Notes: generated by a model not told the origin, from the sequence alone. Counted from the stretch's first letter, positions 1-12,451 are shown. The stretch: 64,000 nucleotides of DNA from Octopus vulgaris (GCA_951406725.2 OX597815.1:99696001-99760000), one strand, 5' to 3'. Made by a program: numbers and translations.

Positions 1-372
1 CGTACGTGTGTGTTTGGGCGTGCGTGACGGTGCATACTCGTGCACTAATGTATGCGCGTGCGTGTGTGTTCATAAAATACTTTTTAACATCTTCACTCCT
101 CCAGTGATACTACTATTGTTGGGAATGCATTAGTGCTCCACATTACATTCTCTTGCAAATATATTTTTGATTTTCTATAGTGACAAAACACATACCAGTT
201 TCTGCTCCGGTGATGTATGTGTGCGTATGCGTACATATGTGTGAGTTCTGTGTGCGCATGTGTATGTAGCTGTGTTTATCAATATGAAAATATAAAGTGA
301 TTAAAGGAATATATTTATTTATTTATTTATCTACCGCGATAGTTGCCATCGATACCCCTCTCTGACACCCTC

Positions 373-431
<59 letters not shown>

Positions 432-1549
432 CATACATACATACATACATACATACATACATACATACACACATATTTATATATATAGATATATATATAT
501 ATAGGTCTTTACCACTTTACCGAGGTTCCGCTCGATATATGTATGTGTGCGTCTGTGTGTGTATGTGTGTGTATGTGTGTGTGTGTGTTTTGTGCTTTTG
601 CGTGTGTATGCGTCTGTCTGTGTGTGAATACACACACAAACGCATATATACATATTTAAATGCGATTTCCTCTCTCTCACTGTCTATGCGTGTGAGATTG
701 CGTGTTTTGTCGCCTCTAATTAACTACACGATATACCTGGACAGCTAAAGAGATAAAAGTATTCATAACGATATGAAAACTAATCTCTGTCTTCCCTAAA
801 GTATATAGAAAACTTTGAAGTATTTCTTTTTCCTTATTGCCGTTATTGAAGAATCCTAAAATCTCGATGCTTTATGTTCAGATAAGTAGTACCAAGCTGT
901 AATTTGTGATTTCTGATTACAGAATCAGCAACGCTATATTTAGTTGTTGAAAATTAAGGAGCTCATAAAATTTATTCCAAATTCCGTCTGTGCTGGATTG
1001 TAATACATTTTGGGTAATTGCTGTTCATACTTAACGCCGTTTTCTTGCTTCAATTTGCTGCGTTCGTTAAAGTAAGGAAACTCTGAATGGATGATATTTT
1101 AAAATCTAAACTCCGTTAATGACCCGTGTCGGAAAACAGTTACTGATGTGTTCATTAGAAATTTTGATATGTCCTATGAGGTGTAATGTTGTGTGTCGGA
1201 TAACTCTACTAGGAAGTTCAGAGAAAGATTAGATCATTTTAATTGCTGTAAGATATCAAGTATCCAATGTTTGAGTCTTCTGCCTTTTTGGTAACCGAGA
1301 ATGACTGTAACAGTGGTTGAATTGTCGCTTGATAATTGATTTGTTATTTCAGCATTTGCTAACGTGCAACCTATATGACAAAAGAAACTTTTCCTTTATC
1401 GCCGTAAGATGGCGGGCAAGAAACATCACTCACTCTGGCAATGAAAGATATGGAGCTCATCTATGAACTTACTTAGATAATGAGATAGTCGAGTCTAAGT
1501 ATATCACAAATATATATTTGGAGAGTAAGTATGTTTATGCGACTGTATG

Positions 1550-1680
1550 TTAACTTCCCCTAAAAATGGTTCTGGAATCAGTTCCACTGTGTGGCACATT
1601 GAGCATGTGTCTCATACTATGGCCCCTGGCTGAACAAGACCTTGTGAGTGAATTTGGTAGGCAGAATCTGAAATATGTGT
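1550..1680 (+). mobile_element. Degenerate tRNA-derived SINE copy (same family as 54113-54275)
   Basis: atggttctggaatcagttccactgtgtggcacattgagcatgtgtc...ccttgtgagtgaatttggtaggcagaatctgaaa aligns by eye to the better-preserved copy at 54113-54275. Confidence 0.6.
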
Positions 1681-1703
1681 GTGTTTATACGTGTGTATGT
1701 ATG

Positions 1704-1793
<90 letters not shown>

Positions 1794-1808
1794 TGTGTGT
1801 GTGTACAT

Positions 1809-2779
1809 ATATAATATAAATAATATATAAATATATGCATATATACATATATGTACATACCTACACATATATGTATATCTGCATGCATATGTGGGTACAG
1901 GACATCAAAAAACGTAGACACAATGTAAAACGAAAATAAAAACAAAACCATAGAAAACTTTCTTTCGAACAACGAAAAAAACAAGCAGAGAATCAAGACA
2001 TGAAACATAAAGAATATTCCCTTCATCAGTTGTCCCTGTTTCATCTACTCTGCTTTCCGAAGGTAAAAACAATACGCGCCTTCGTTGAAACAGTCCTTCC
2101 AGCAAAGCAATTTAAATAAAATTTGGGATTTTTTGCGGAGGGTGAACGTGGTAAGAAAAACAGGACAGTGAGAACAAAACAGTAAAAACAAACGGTGAGG
2201 GCTGTTAAGTCAAGACGATGTGAACAATTTATGAACGCTAGAAAGACGAGCTTTGGGAAGAGACAGGTAAAATCACGTCTTGTCTTTACGAAAGAAGTGG
2301 AAGAAAGAAATATAGATCAGCTTTCGTCACATGTCAGCGACGAGAGAGTCAATGAGGAAGAGTAAGAGAGAGAGAGGGAACGGTGAAGGGGAAGGGAGAA
2401 GAATAGGGAAAGCGTGGGAAAGAAAAACAGAAAGGAAGAAGAACAAGAGAGGGAGATAGACAGAGAAGTCGCGTATTGTCCTTACCTTCAAAACGGGGAG
2501 TAGATGAAACAGGGACAACTGATGAAGGGAATGTTCTTTAAGCTGCATGTCTGGGTACTCTGTTTTTTTTCATTGTTCGAAAGAAAGTTCGATTTCTATA
2601 TTTTTGTTTTTATGTTTTTGTTTCTCATTGTATCTACGTTTTTTGATATCCTGTACCCATATATACATGTATATATACATATATGTAGGTATGTACATTT
2701 ATGTATGTATATATGTATGTATTTATATATTATTTATATTATTATATGATCGAACGCCACACATCCTTTTCCAAGTAAG

Positions 2780-2781
<2 letters not shown>
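1809..2781. repeat. Diverged inverted repeat (arms about 1809-2083 and 2465-2747) between microsatellites; probable Penelope-like terminal-repeat derivative
   Basis: cccttcatcagttgtccctgtttcatctactc (about 2020-2050) is the reverse complement of gagtagatgaaacagggacaactgatgaaggg (about 2498-2529). The similarity extends about 275 bp. A third partial copy lies at 12739-12885. Confidence 0.8.
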
Positions 2782-2836
<55 letters not shown>

Positions 2837-2903
2837 TGTTATATTTCGGAATGGTCATATTGCCAGTTTAGCCAATAAAATCTTGCACAACAAATATTTA
2901 AAC

Positions 2904-2986
<83 letters not shown>

Positions 2987-3607
2987 AATACACACACATA
3001 TATACATATGTGTGTGCGCGTCTGTCTGTTTGTCTTTGTACTTGTCCTCCCACTGATTGACAACCGGTGTTAGTCTGCTTACGTCCAGAAATCTAGCGGT
3101 CCAGCACAACAGACCGATGGAATAAACATGCCTATGTTCCCTTTATTGTTGTCTATGCATCTCTTATTTACACATAAGTACAGAACATAGTAATTCTTTT
3201 CAAAGATAATTTGAAATGCGGTATAAACATCTATATAATAAATATAAAACATATCCCCGTTGTGAAAAGTATTCAAAAGTGCCACACCAGAGGATTTATC
3301 TACGTATTGGTAGATAAAGGGATCGATCTGACTTGTAAGACATCTATAGATGTATTGTTATATTTCAGGTTATCGCAGAGAAAATTAAATGGATATGACC
3401 GACAAGACCATAAGTTGTACAACCGAACTAGTAATATGCCGTGTCACATTCCTTTGATTTACTCATGTTCTTTTATAATATTGGTATGGACAAAATTTAA
3501 GTTGCTCAGCAAAGCAGTCTCCGCAGAGTAATTCGTCATATGAAAATTAGTAGACAAATTTTTCATTTCGCACACCACCATTCTCAACATTTAACTTATA
3601 GGTATTG

Positions 3608-3960
3608 TTAGTTAGTTAGTTAGTTAGTTAATTTGGCTCAAAAGCAAATAGCAAGGCCATGTAGGGGGACATGGAGTTAAGTACAGGGTGGCGTTCATGT
3701 AAAGAGTTCAGGCCACTTGAGGTCAAGGGAGGCTTTGAACAAAGCGGTCGTGGGCATCTTCACCATCTCGTCTAGCAGCTTGTTCCACGGATCCGCAACC
3801 CGGACGGAAAAAGCTCCTCTCCTTCGATTGAGATGAAATCGTCGCAGGTAGAGCTTTTCGGAATGACTCCGCAGCCGACGCTCTGGAGCAGGAGTGAAGA
3901 ACAGCTCTTTCGAGAGGTTACACTTTCCACTTATGATGTTGTGGGCGAGAATGAGAATTG
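3608..3960 (-). mobile_element. 3' end of a CR1-group LINE with (CTAA)n tail
   Basis: Minus strand reads LRSHSEKLYLRRFHLNRRRGAFSVRVADPWNKLLDEMVKMPTTALFKASLD, the F..RV...WN.L....V.......FK..LD C-terminal motif of CR1/L2 ORF2. A short UTR and (CTAA)n follow. Confidence 0.75.
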
Positions 3961-4492
3961 TATATTGGTTATCACTGGGTCAACTTCCACCTAGGAGACC
4001 TATGATTGAAGATGCTCCTCTGCTGACCATCACGTACATCTTTCAGGTATTTCACGCCTAAATTAAAGTTTTACGGGTGCGTCCACACTTTTCAAGACGG
4101 AATTGTGTGCTTATAAGTAGAATATGCTGCTTCTTCTAGCTTCTGTCACGGCGCGCACTTTTTTTGTTCTCAAAGAGGTGTTGCAGTGTCCCTAAACTTC
4201 GAAGCCCTTCAAAAGCTTGACTAATCGGACAATGTACGGTAACAGACACTCCATAGAATATTAACTGAAAAATCAGCGGCGTTATCCAGAGAACATTTCC
4301 AAGCAGTTCAGTGTTAAGCGAATCTTGCCACTGGCTCTAATCCTAACCGTCACCGTGACTAGAACTGTAACAATTAAAACTGCATCTAAGCTCTTATCTT
4401 CTACTTCGTGTTTTTTCACATCACATATATATATGATAGATCGCTAGCCACTACACATTTTTTATTTTCTCTCCTTGTTTCTTTCTGTGTTC

Positions 4493-4528
4493 CTTTCTGT
4501 CGTAGAGCGTAGGCTCGAAACGTTAAAG
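4493..4528 (+). ncRNA. Minimal hammerhead-ribozyme-like motif (degenerate core)
   Basis: cttt-CTGTCGT-a-gagc(gtag)gctc-GAAA-cg-TT-aaag. Stem I is cttt/aaag, stem II is gagc/gctc, stem III is very short; the core deviates from CUGANGA at two positions. Confidence 0.45.
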
Positions 4529-4686
4529 AATTTATCATTTTCTGAGCGTTATACTAATACATCTGTTTGTTTTCTACACCACCTGTCTTCGTCTTTTATT
4601 TTTTTGTGAATTCTCCCCCTATAAATATATATATGAGTTAGTAGACAACCGAAAGAAGGGCACTCAACACATTTATTGGGAGTTAC

Positions 4687-4831
4687 ATGTATGGATCAAA
4701 ACAGTTTGATTCAATCACCTTGGTACTCTGAGTTTCATGCATGTCGCTAGTCTTCGGACTTCAATGGTCGAAGACTAGCGACACGCTTAAAACACAGAGT
4801 ACCAAGGAGTTTGAATCAAACTGTTTTGATC

Positions 4832-4838
<7 letters not shown>
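4687..4838. repeat. Imperfect 150-bp hairpin with a degenerate hammerhead motif in each arm
   Basis: atgtatggatcaaaacagtttgattcaa...tgtcgctagtcttcg pairs with cgaagactagcgaca...ttgaatcaaactgttttgatccacacat. The minus strand of the left arm reads CCGAAGA-ctagcgacatgcat-GAAA-ctcagag-TA. Confidence 0.8.
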
Positions 4839-4890
<52 letters not shown>

Positions 4891-5084
4891 TACAAAATTA
4901 GAGAATGGAGAAACATACTTAAATCAGTAAAACATCAACTATCCGATGATACTCAATCCATACTTTAATACACCATTACATATGAGTAAAGGCAATATAT
5001 AAAATGAAATGAGATATACAGTAATAGTAAAAAGATAAAGAGATATAAGTAAAAAATTTCAAATATAATATGTAAATAAATCAA

Positions 5085-5196
5085 AACTGACAGCTGTTTC
5101 GGCAGTGAGGGCAGTCATACCTCATTTAACCTATAAGCCATAAAGGCAGGTATAAATGAGGCATTAACAAGGATGCCCCACGGCCTCTTCAGAGAA
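5085..5196 (-). ncRNA. Type I hammerhead ribozyme of the Penelope-like-element class, with a long stem II
   Basis: Minus strand: CTGAAGA (5192-5186), an 85-nt foldable stem II (ggc-c-gtggggca...tgccctcac-t-gcc, inner atgcctcattta/taaatgaggtat), GAAA (5100-5097), palindromic CAGCTG, then TC cleavage site (5090-5089). Stem I is short and imperfect. Confidence 0.75.
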
Positions 5197-5448
5197 TTAA
5201 ATTAAATTTGTTATAATAGTGAAAAATATTATATAATCATATACATATAAATATAAAAATATAAAAATGTAAAATATAAAAACTTATACATCATAATGCT
5301 ACACTTATATAATATAATACACATTTGTACAAAAAAGGAAGGTAAACAGAACAAAATAAAACAAAATATATAACAGTGTATATATTAATATTAATAAGTA
5401 CCGATATTATACATATTTGGCTAATAGTTTTTTTTTTTTTTTTTTTTT

Positions 5449-5479
<31 letters not shown>

Positions 5480-5573
5480 GCTAACACATATGGAGATGAA
5501 AAATAATAATTAAAACCATGTTACAGTTCATAAAATTCTAAAGCTATAAAAGTTAATAAAAATTACTATTAAT

Positions 5574-5655
<82 letters not shown>

Positions 5656-7370
5656 TAATAAAAATAGATACAATTAAGTTAGCACCAAGTCCATCCTTTC
5701 AAGATCGAAATAACTATGAGTTAAGAAATGCTGACCACTAGGTAAAGAAAATTTAGATTAATTCGATTGGCTATTGGTTTGAAATTTAAATCACAAAAGA
5801 AAATTATACGGTTGGTTAGTCAGGGAACGCCAATATTCACACACGCATCTACAGATCAATCGCACATACACACATAGTTATATGTATATACATACACTTA
5901 TACACATACATAATCACAAGCAACAACTAGCACTTAGATAAACAAAAAAGGGAAGCAACTATGCTACCATTTAGTCCTTCAAAATTATAACTGTGCCTCA
6001 ATAACAAAAAAAGAACCATCCATGCATTCCATAAAATATTTAATTTAGATATAAATATATTTTTAAATATCAGTATGTTACTAAGTCAGATAATTATTTC
6101 ATGGGTAACTTAAAATTTATAACACCGGTTTGTTGCAGAGTAAACATACGGTTGTTAGATTTATCGTAAGTTAGTTATGATTTTAAGTACGCTAAATTAT
6201 AAAATATAAAATATAAAATATATATTAATTTAAATATTATAAATAAGTCACTTATTAACTTAATAAATATAGTGCCATAATATACCAGTTTAGGCATTAA
6301 AAAATAGAAGGGGAAGTACTAATGTAAACGCTTATGAGAACATCACAGAAATTTTAAATAAATTTTATATTATAAAGACTTAAGATGAAAAGTGATAAAA
6401 TAAATAAGAAGGAATAAATACGAAGGAATAAATACGGTTATACACATAATTATAAGTACAAACCAGTATATATGTATTCATATATTATTAAAATTAAATA
6501 AAAATAAATGATAGATATGTATGTATAAAACTACCCCAGTATAAGTAAATAAGTAAAAAAATAAATAGGTAACAAATTAGATGACTTGATATGTATGTAA
6601 ACATCTACACTTAAATAGGCAAATAAATAAATAAATAGAAGACTAGATGCAAAGATTGATAACATTACAATAAAATGGAAAATAAATAAAAAATAAATAA
6701 AGTGAATATATATGTTATATTGTTGAAAGTAAATATGTATGGAAGGATAGTTTAAAGTACAGATCCAGAGGACTATAGATATAAACTAAATATATAAGGC
6801 TGGTAATAATTATAAAGCAAAATGCATGTAAATGAGAAAATGAAAAAAATGAAAAAGGTTTATCAGTGAATAGCATAAGATACAAATTAAGGTGAGTACA
6901 AAAAAGACCAAGTATACAATAAAAACCTTCCAAATAAACACATACAAAAAACCTATAATCTCAACCTAAACCCACCAAACTCACAAAAGGCTCTCATATA
7001 TTACATATTATACAATATCATTACATTATCCAGAGCTAGGTATCTAACCAAGATATATATATATATACTATGCAATATACTATGCAAAATTGGAAAACTT
7101 CAAAAATCACACATTACAAGGCAAATACCAAAATGAATATGTTATTTTATGTCATATTGCATTTCTCTTAAAAAACAAACAAAAACCCACATACAAAAAA
7201 CAAGAAACCAATAATACTAGACACATCCATTAATTATTATACAAATGTAGCTATAAAAATTATAAAATTATAAAATTTATAAATTGTATACTTTAGAATT
7301 ATAGAAGACCACAGGTATATTTAGTTAAAGAAGGGAATTAAAAAATTAATAATAGTGGAAGTGCTAAGTT

Positions 7371-8177
7371 CTATTTGAATCTAGAAAAGGTGAACGGTAG
7401 CCTATGAATACAAAAGAAGTTTTTTTCATTAATGTTGTTAATAATTTGCCGACCCGCTTTAATAATGAAGAAAATTTCATTAATACATAGAGAGCATTTT
7501 TTATTTTTTCCATTATACACAGGTGCTGAAGTTAGTATTTTCCAGTTTAATCTAAAATCTAAGTTCTTACTTTTAAGTTCCCAAATGTATGCACTTAGCC
7601 CTGTAGAGTACATTCTATTTTTATTCCTAAAAGTATATCTGTGATAATTCCATCTTTGTTTAATGCTATTCATAGTTGCCCCGATATACACCCTACTACT
7701 CAATTGTGTATCTACAGTGCATTGGTAAACTACCTCCTTCCTGAGGCATTGATTACCAAATACACATTTATTTTTATTTCTGCAATTACAAAGATTAACA
7801 GAATGAGGAAATCTAAGATTGGACACCACCCCTATACTACTATTCACATTATAAGTGTTACAATTGTTATCATCATCCAAACCCAAAATCAACGAATGAG
7901 TTAATTTCACATTATCGGCTATATTCCTATCACTAGTACTAGTATTGGTAGTAGTAGTATGATCTATTACATTTATATTATCTCTGACAGGTACGGTGCA
8001 CTCATTATTAGTAAGGAGGTTGTTCCCATTCGTTCCAAGAAAGTTTCTATTCCTATTATTAATGAAGAGGGGCAAGTTTTCCTGGTCTAAATTCAATTTT
8101 CTATCCTTATAGAAGTGATCCAGTTTCTTAGGAGAGAATATATGAGAGTTGGTTTGCTTGAAAATAGATCTAAGTCT
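7371..8177 (-). CDS. Penelope-like GIY-YIG endonuclease domain with Cys-rich motifs (C-terminal part of a retroelement ORF; RT absent)
   Basis: [15 protein letters not shown]...VVYQCTV...VYIGAT...KQRWNYH...[12 protein letters not shown]...WKIL...KKCSLCINE...CIHR. The frame is open upstream of the tracked TTG start (8096) to a stop at 8178-8180, adding [14 protein letters not shown]. Confidence 0.85.
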   Translation of the reverse strand, partial: RLRSIFKQTNSHIFSPKKLDHFYKDRKLNLDQENLPLFINNRNRNFLGTNGNNLLTNNECTVPVRDNINVIDHTTTTNTSTSDRNIADNVKLTHSLILGLDDDNNCNTYNVNSSIGVVSNLRFPHSVNLCNCRNKNKCVFGNQCLRKEVVYQCTVDTQLSSRVYIGATMNSIKQRWNYHRYTFRNKNRMYSTGLSAYIWELKSKNLDFRLNWKILTSAPVYNGKNKKCSLCINEIFFIIKAGRQIINNINEKNFFCIHRLPFTFSRFK

Positions 8178-8275
8178 TCAACACTGCAATATATATATAT
8201 TGCTATTTTCAAGCAAACCAACTCTCATATATTCTCTCCTGTGAGGAGATAAGCCTCTTTTCTCCATGTATATAC

Positions 8276-8312
<37 letters not shown>

Positions 8313-8436
8313 CACACACATATGTATATACATACACACATATACATATTTATTCATATATATATTTGCGTGCATGTATGCATATATATACATATATACA
8401 TATATATATATATGTATGCATATGTATATATATATG

Positions 8437-8480
<44 letters not shown>

Positions 8481-11400
8481 TATACAAGTGCACATCTATA
8501 TATCTCTCATACCCTATTTGTGCAGTGTATGTGCGCGCGCGCTGGAGTGTGTGTGTGTGTGTGTGTGGGTGGGTGTGTGTGTGTGTGGTGGGGGTGTTGT
8601 ATGTGTATTCATCTGGTCAATACTTACTGAACAATGGATTCAATTGTGAAAAGTATTTATGCAGTAAATTTCCAACTTGAGAAGTAATGTTTAATCTAAG
8701 AATAGAGACTTCAAATAGTTTCTAATCATTTACATCTTCCAAGTCAATGAATCTGCAATAGCAGAAAAAGATAACCAAAATGGTTTGTAAAGAATTAGTA
8801 TACAAAATTTTATATAATCCAATGTAGATTATATGATATTCTGTATAAGTTATAATGGTAGCAGTTTATTAACCTTTTACTAGCATCCAATTTCCTGTGT
8901 AGATTCATTAAAATATAATCAAGGGACGCAAGGTAAGCGGGTTTACAATGGCGGAGTTTGTAAATTCTTATTCTTGTGTTCATGCACCAGTTTGCAACAG
9001 GTTTTGAATTTGTTATTTAGAAAATCATGATTGATTTCTTAATTAGAGAAGGAGACGGTATAATTTAAAGGAGACAATCGCTGTACATCGATTCACCTCG
9101 TGTATTTATTTATTTCACTGTCCGTGGAAAGGCAAAGCGATATTCAGCAAGCGCCGAAGTCAAAACACCGAAGAAATCCTTTAAGCAGTTAAATGTTGGT
9201 CAACCTACTTAGTGCAGTGATGCAGAAAGAATTATTCAATGGCAATTATAAGTATAGTGAAAAGAAAATCATTATCGTTAATTAGAATTCATCACAATAG
9301 GAGGGAGAAAACTATGAAAAGCAACAAAAAAAAACATCCGAAAAACAAAAGTTACGTAGATCATGCAGGGGACAGTGAGAGTGATCTTTGATATCTATGG
9401 TGATAGAGATAAGAAGAAAGCTGATGGAAGACGGATTGTCTTGATTATACGCAATAAACAATGTTAAGATTCATCTTCTACAGACTCCAGGAGAATATCA
9501 AGGACATTAGGGCACAGCGACTATATAGAATATCATACAGCAGTAACACAATGTACGATTGGAATATTAACAAAATTATATGGTAATTGTGTAGGATAAT
9601 TTGTGATTGATGCAGATACATTTTCCTACACCCTTAAAAGAAAAATCATTAATAAAACAACAAAAATCTCGTTTTTATGGCCCAATCGAAAGAATAAGTT
9701 ATTTTCAGGCTTGGGACAGTAGACTTCCTTTATAAGCATCCATTATTTAGGAGGTGTAGTTATATTGGGTAACGGATTATACATATCATAGCATGATTAA
9801 ACTTAATGTTTATTTTTATTGAGGTAGTGACAACATGGTCAGTAAGATGTAACAAAAATAGTCAACAGGAATTACTGAAGTGAGGGCTGGTGTTTTAATA
9901 GAAACAGTAACAAGAATATATGTCATAAACATATGGTTCATAAAGATATTAAGAACCACGCAATCTACGTCTCTATTATTATGCGAAAATGCCTCATTTT
10001 ATTAATTATGAGATATAGTGTACTGTGATCAGAACAGGATGTCCAGACAGTTTCATTTTCTTCATTACTACCGTCTCCAAAGTACAAGTAATGGAATCTT
10101 ATCATGACAGAAAGTTTCTCTTGTAGGCTTCGTTATTTCAAGGCGAGTATCATATGGAAGACACGTTTACGGATATAAACAGTAAGATCGTTAAAAATAA
10201 GGGTTACACTACATAACATCGATTACAGTATTTAACTCTACTAAAGAAGATAAGGTTGTTCGCAAAGAATGAAACAGAGAAGTTGAGAGCGAGAGCGAGA
10301 CGCTTGTGTCCTAATTATATTTATATTCAACAGGAATAATCTAAGTTAACGGTTATTACATATAGGATAAAAGCTATCCATTTTTATATGAAAAAGACAT
10401 GAAAGAGGGAACACAGCTTTATATGTACCTTGGTTGCTTGGTTAATACACACGGTAGTTCATTAAGGGCGCTCAACCGCTCCTAGCCATGAGATGCAATT
10501 TTCTCACGAAGAACAGTGAGATCGAAAGATGCGGGAATTTATTATAGAATGAATGATGTTATAAACAAAGGGTAATGACAGTTAATAAGACAATTATAAT
10601 CAATTCAATATATGAAACATGAATAATATCTACACCCTTCGTGCATGTATATGTTTTTACTATACGTTTCATTGATTATCATTTCGACCAATCTATTTGG
10701 TTACAGCTGGTTGCGGAAAATATGGTTATGCAGCCGTCTAGTACAGAAATATCTGAAAAAGAAATATAAAAGGTGATATAAAAATACAGATATAACGGTT
10801 TATCCAAACGTTACTTCTGTAAATGATGATACTCTGAAAAAATGCTCAAATAATTCTAAGTCTTTTTCTCTTTCCTGCATATGCTAATACTACTTAGATG
10901 ATGGAAGGAAGTAAAAAAAAAACGACGTAATTGATAATAATATATGCTAATGTTTTTACTTCCTCATTTCCGTTTGATTTCGTTCTTCCCAATAAAAAGT
11001 AGTCGTTGTATATAATGCAGTCTGCAAGCTGAAAAACGATCGATAACAATCGAAAATAATCAAGCTTGTAATTTATTCAATATTCCAATTTCTCGTACCA
11101 GTTTATTAATTATATATTTATTTACGTTTTTCTTTCTTTTTTTCTTTTTGCTTAATATTGAATTGTCCTTTATTTATTTATCTATTTATATATTACATAT
11201 ATATGTTTGTTAGTTATTTTTTCCATTTTATCTTCTTTTTACTAATTAACACAACAATATTTCACTTTCAAATTGCCTGAATTAAGTGTCATCACAGAAT
11301 TAATATTCTGCCAATCTAATACATCAGTCTCCACTTTATCATGTATTCTTTGATATCATTTAATACAATTTTAAGACAATCATTTTTATTTCATCGGAGA

Positions 11401-11544
11401 TTAAAATGATGGTGGGAGTGATGGTAGTTGTGATGCAGAGTTTATCAATTAAACTGTAACACATTCACGGCCTATACACACTAAACAGAATAGTCTACAT
11501 GTACAAAGATGTGCCTGTGTTTACCTCATATCTGTCTTTTATCT

Positions 11545-11764
11545 TTTATCTTTTATCGTTTACTTGCTTTAGTCATTAGACTGCAGCCATGTTGAGGCAC
11601 CGCCTGAAAGAATTTTTAGCCGAATGTATCAACCGCAGTACGTACGTTTTTCTAAAAGCTTGACACTTATTCTATCCGACTCTTTAGCTGAACCGCTAAG
11701 TTACAGGGACGTAAGCACACCTGCACTGGTCGTCAAGCAGTTGTGGAAGAACAAACACACACAC

Positions 11765-11816
<52 letters not shown>

Positions 11817-11920
11817 TCTCCCACCACTGCTTGACGACCAGTGCAAGTTTGCTTACGTCCCTGTAACTTCGCGGTTCAGCTACAGAGACGGATAGAATAA
11901 GTGTCAGGATTATAAAACCG
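11545..11920. mobile_element. Two oppositely oriented SINE-family fragments around a (TG)n tract
   Basis: gcttgacgaccagtgcaagtttgcttacgtccctgtaacttcgcggttcagc and its reverse complement at 11670-11740 match the repeat at 54330-54440 and 3020-3130. Confidence 0.6.
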
Positions 11921-11929
11921 TAAGTAAGT

Positions 11930-12248
11930 TAGCCACCTAACTCCCCAGGTTGCAATACCCTTGAGCGAGGGACCAAGAAAACTCCTTGTAGCACCAAAGA
12001 TGAACTGAAGGCAAGGAATATGGCAATATTCACCAACTTAAACAAGGTGACCGTTCAGAAGAGTTACAACAGATTCCGAAATCGTCTGGACGCCGTAGCT
12101 GAAGCTAATGACGATTTTGTTGAATGAATTTACTCTTTAGTATTTCAAGATATTTTTATGTAATTTTGGTAAATATAGCAGTTAAAATGAAATGTCAATG
12201 TTATTTTTATTTTTGCGTAAGTTAGTCAATTCATTCACCTCGCCCTGT
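11930..12248 (+). mobile_element. 3' fragment of a Tc1/mariner-superfamily transposon (maT-like C-terminus)
   Basis: PPNSP...KTPCSTKDELKARNMAIFTNLNKVTVQKSYNRFRNRLDAVAEANDDFVE*. It ends in attcacctcgccctg followed by TA, a typical CAG-type terminus with TA target. Confidence 0.7.
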
Positions 12249-12269
12249 ATATATAGATATATATATATA

Positions 12270-12392
12270 TAATAATAAATCTCTGAGCGAGGTATAAACA
12301 GTAACTGCTCTTTAATATAAGTGGGATCAGCCATCTGAACACCCCCACCACCCCGCCCTGTCCCTAGCCACGTTCAGATGGCTGATCCCGCT

Positions 12393-12400
<8 letters not shown>
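12270..12400. mobile_element. Short asymmetric inverted-repeat insertion, same family as the 59360-59822 palindrome
   Basis: 12270-12340 matches the reverse complement of 59755-59822. 12339-12400 matches 59721-59783. Arms are 12313-12340 and 12372-12399; (TA)n lies on both sides. Confidence 0.8.

Positions 12401-12449
<49 letters not shown>

Positions 12450-12451
<2 letters not shown>

Larger units (their letters stand above)
4890..8240 (-). mobile_element. 5'-truncated Penelope-like retroelement (endonuclease ORF, long AT-rich 3' region, hammerhead)
   Basis: GIY-YIG ORF and hammerhead are on the same strand in the expected order. Both ends abut (TA)n. There is a short inverted duplication at the 5' junction. 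Boundaries are approximate. Confidence 0.65.

Noticed and set aside
2500-2545. Hammerhead at gaaacagggacaactgatgaaggg
   Set aside because: GAAA and CTGATGA are present, but their order and spacing leave no room for stems I and III and no GAAA follows.
9200-10050. Possible very old LINE endonuclease remnant
   Set aside because: The composition is suggestive, but I could not recover a convincing motif in any frame.
10200-10640. Possible solo LTR on the minus strand
   Set aside because: There is a TGT start, but I found no clear CA end or target-site duplication.
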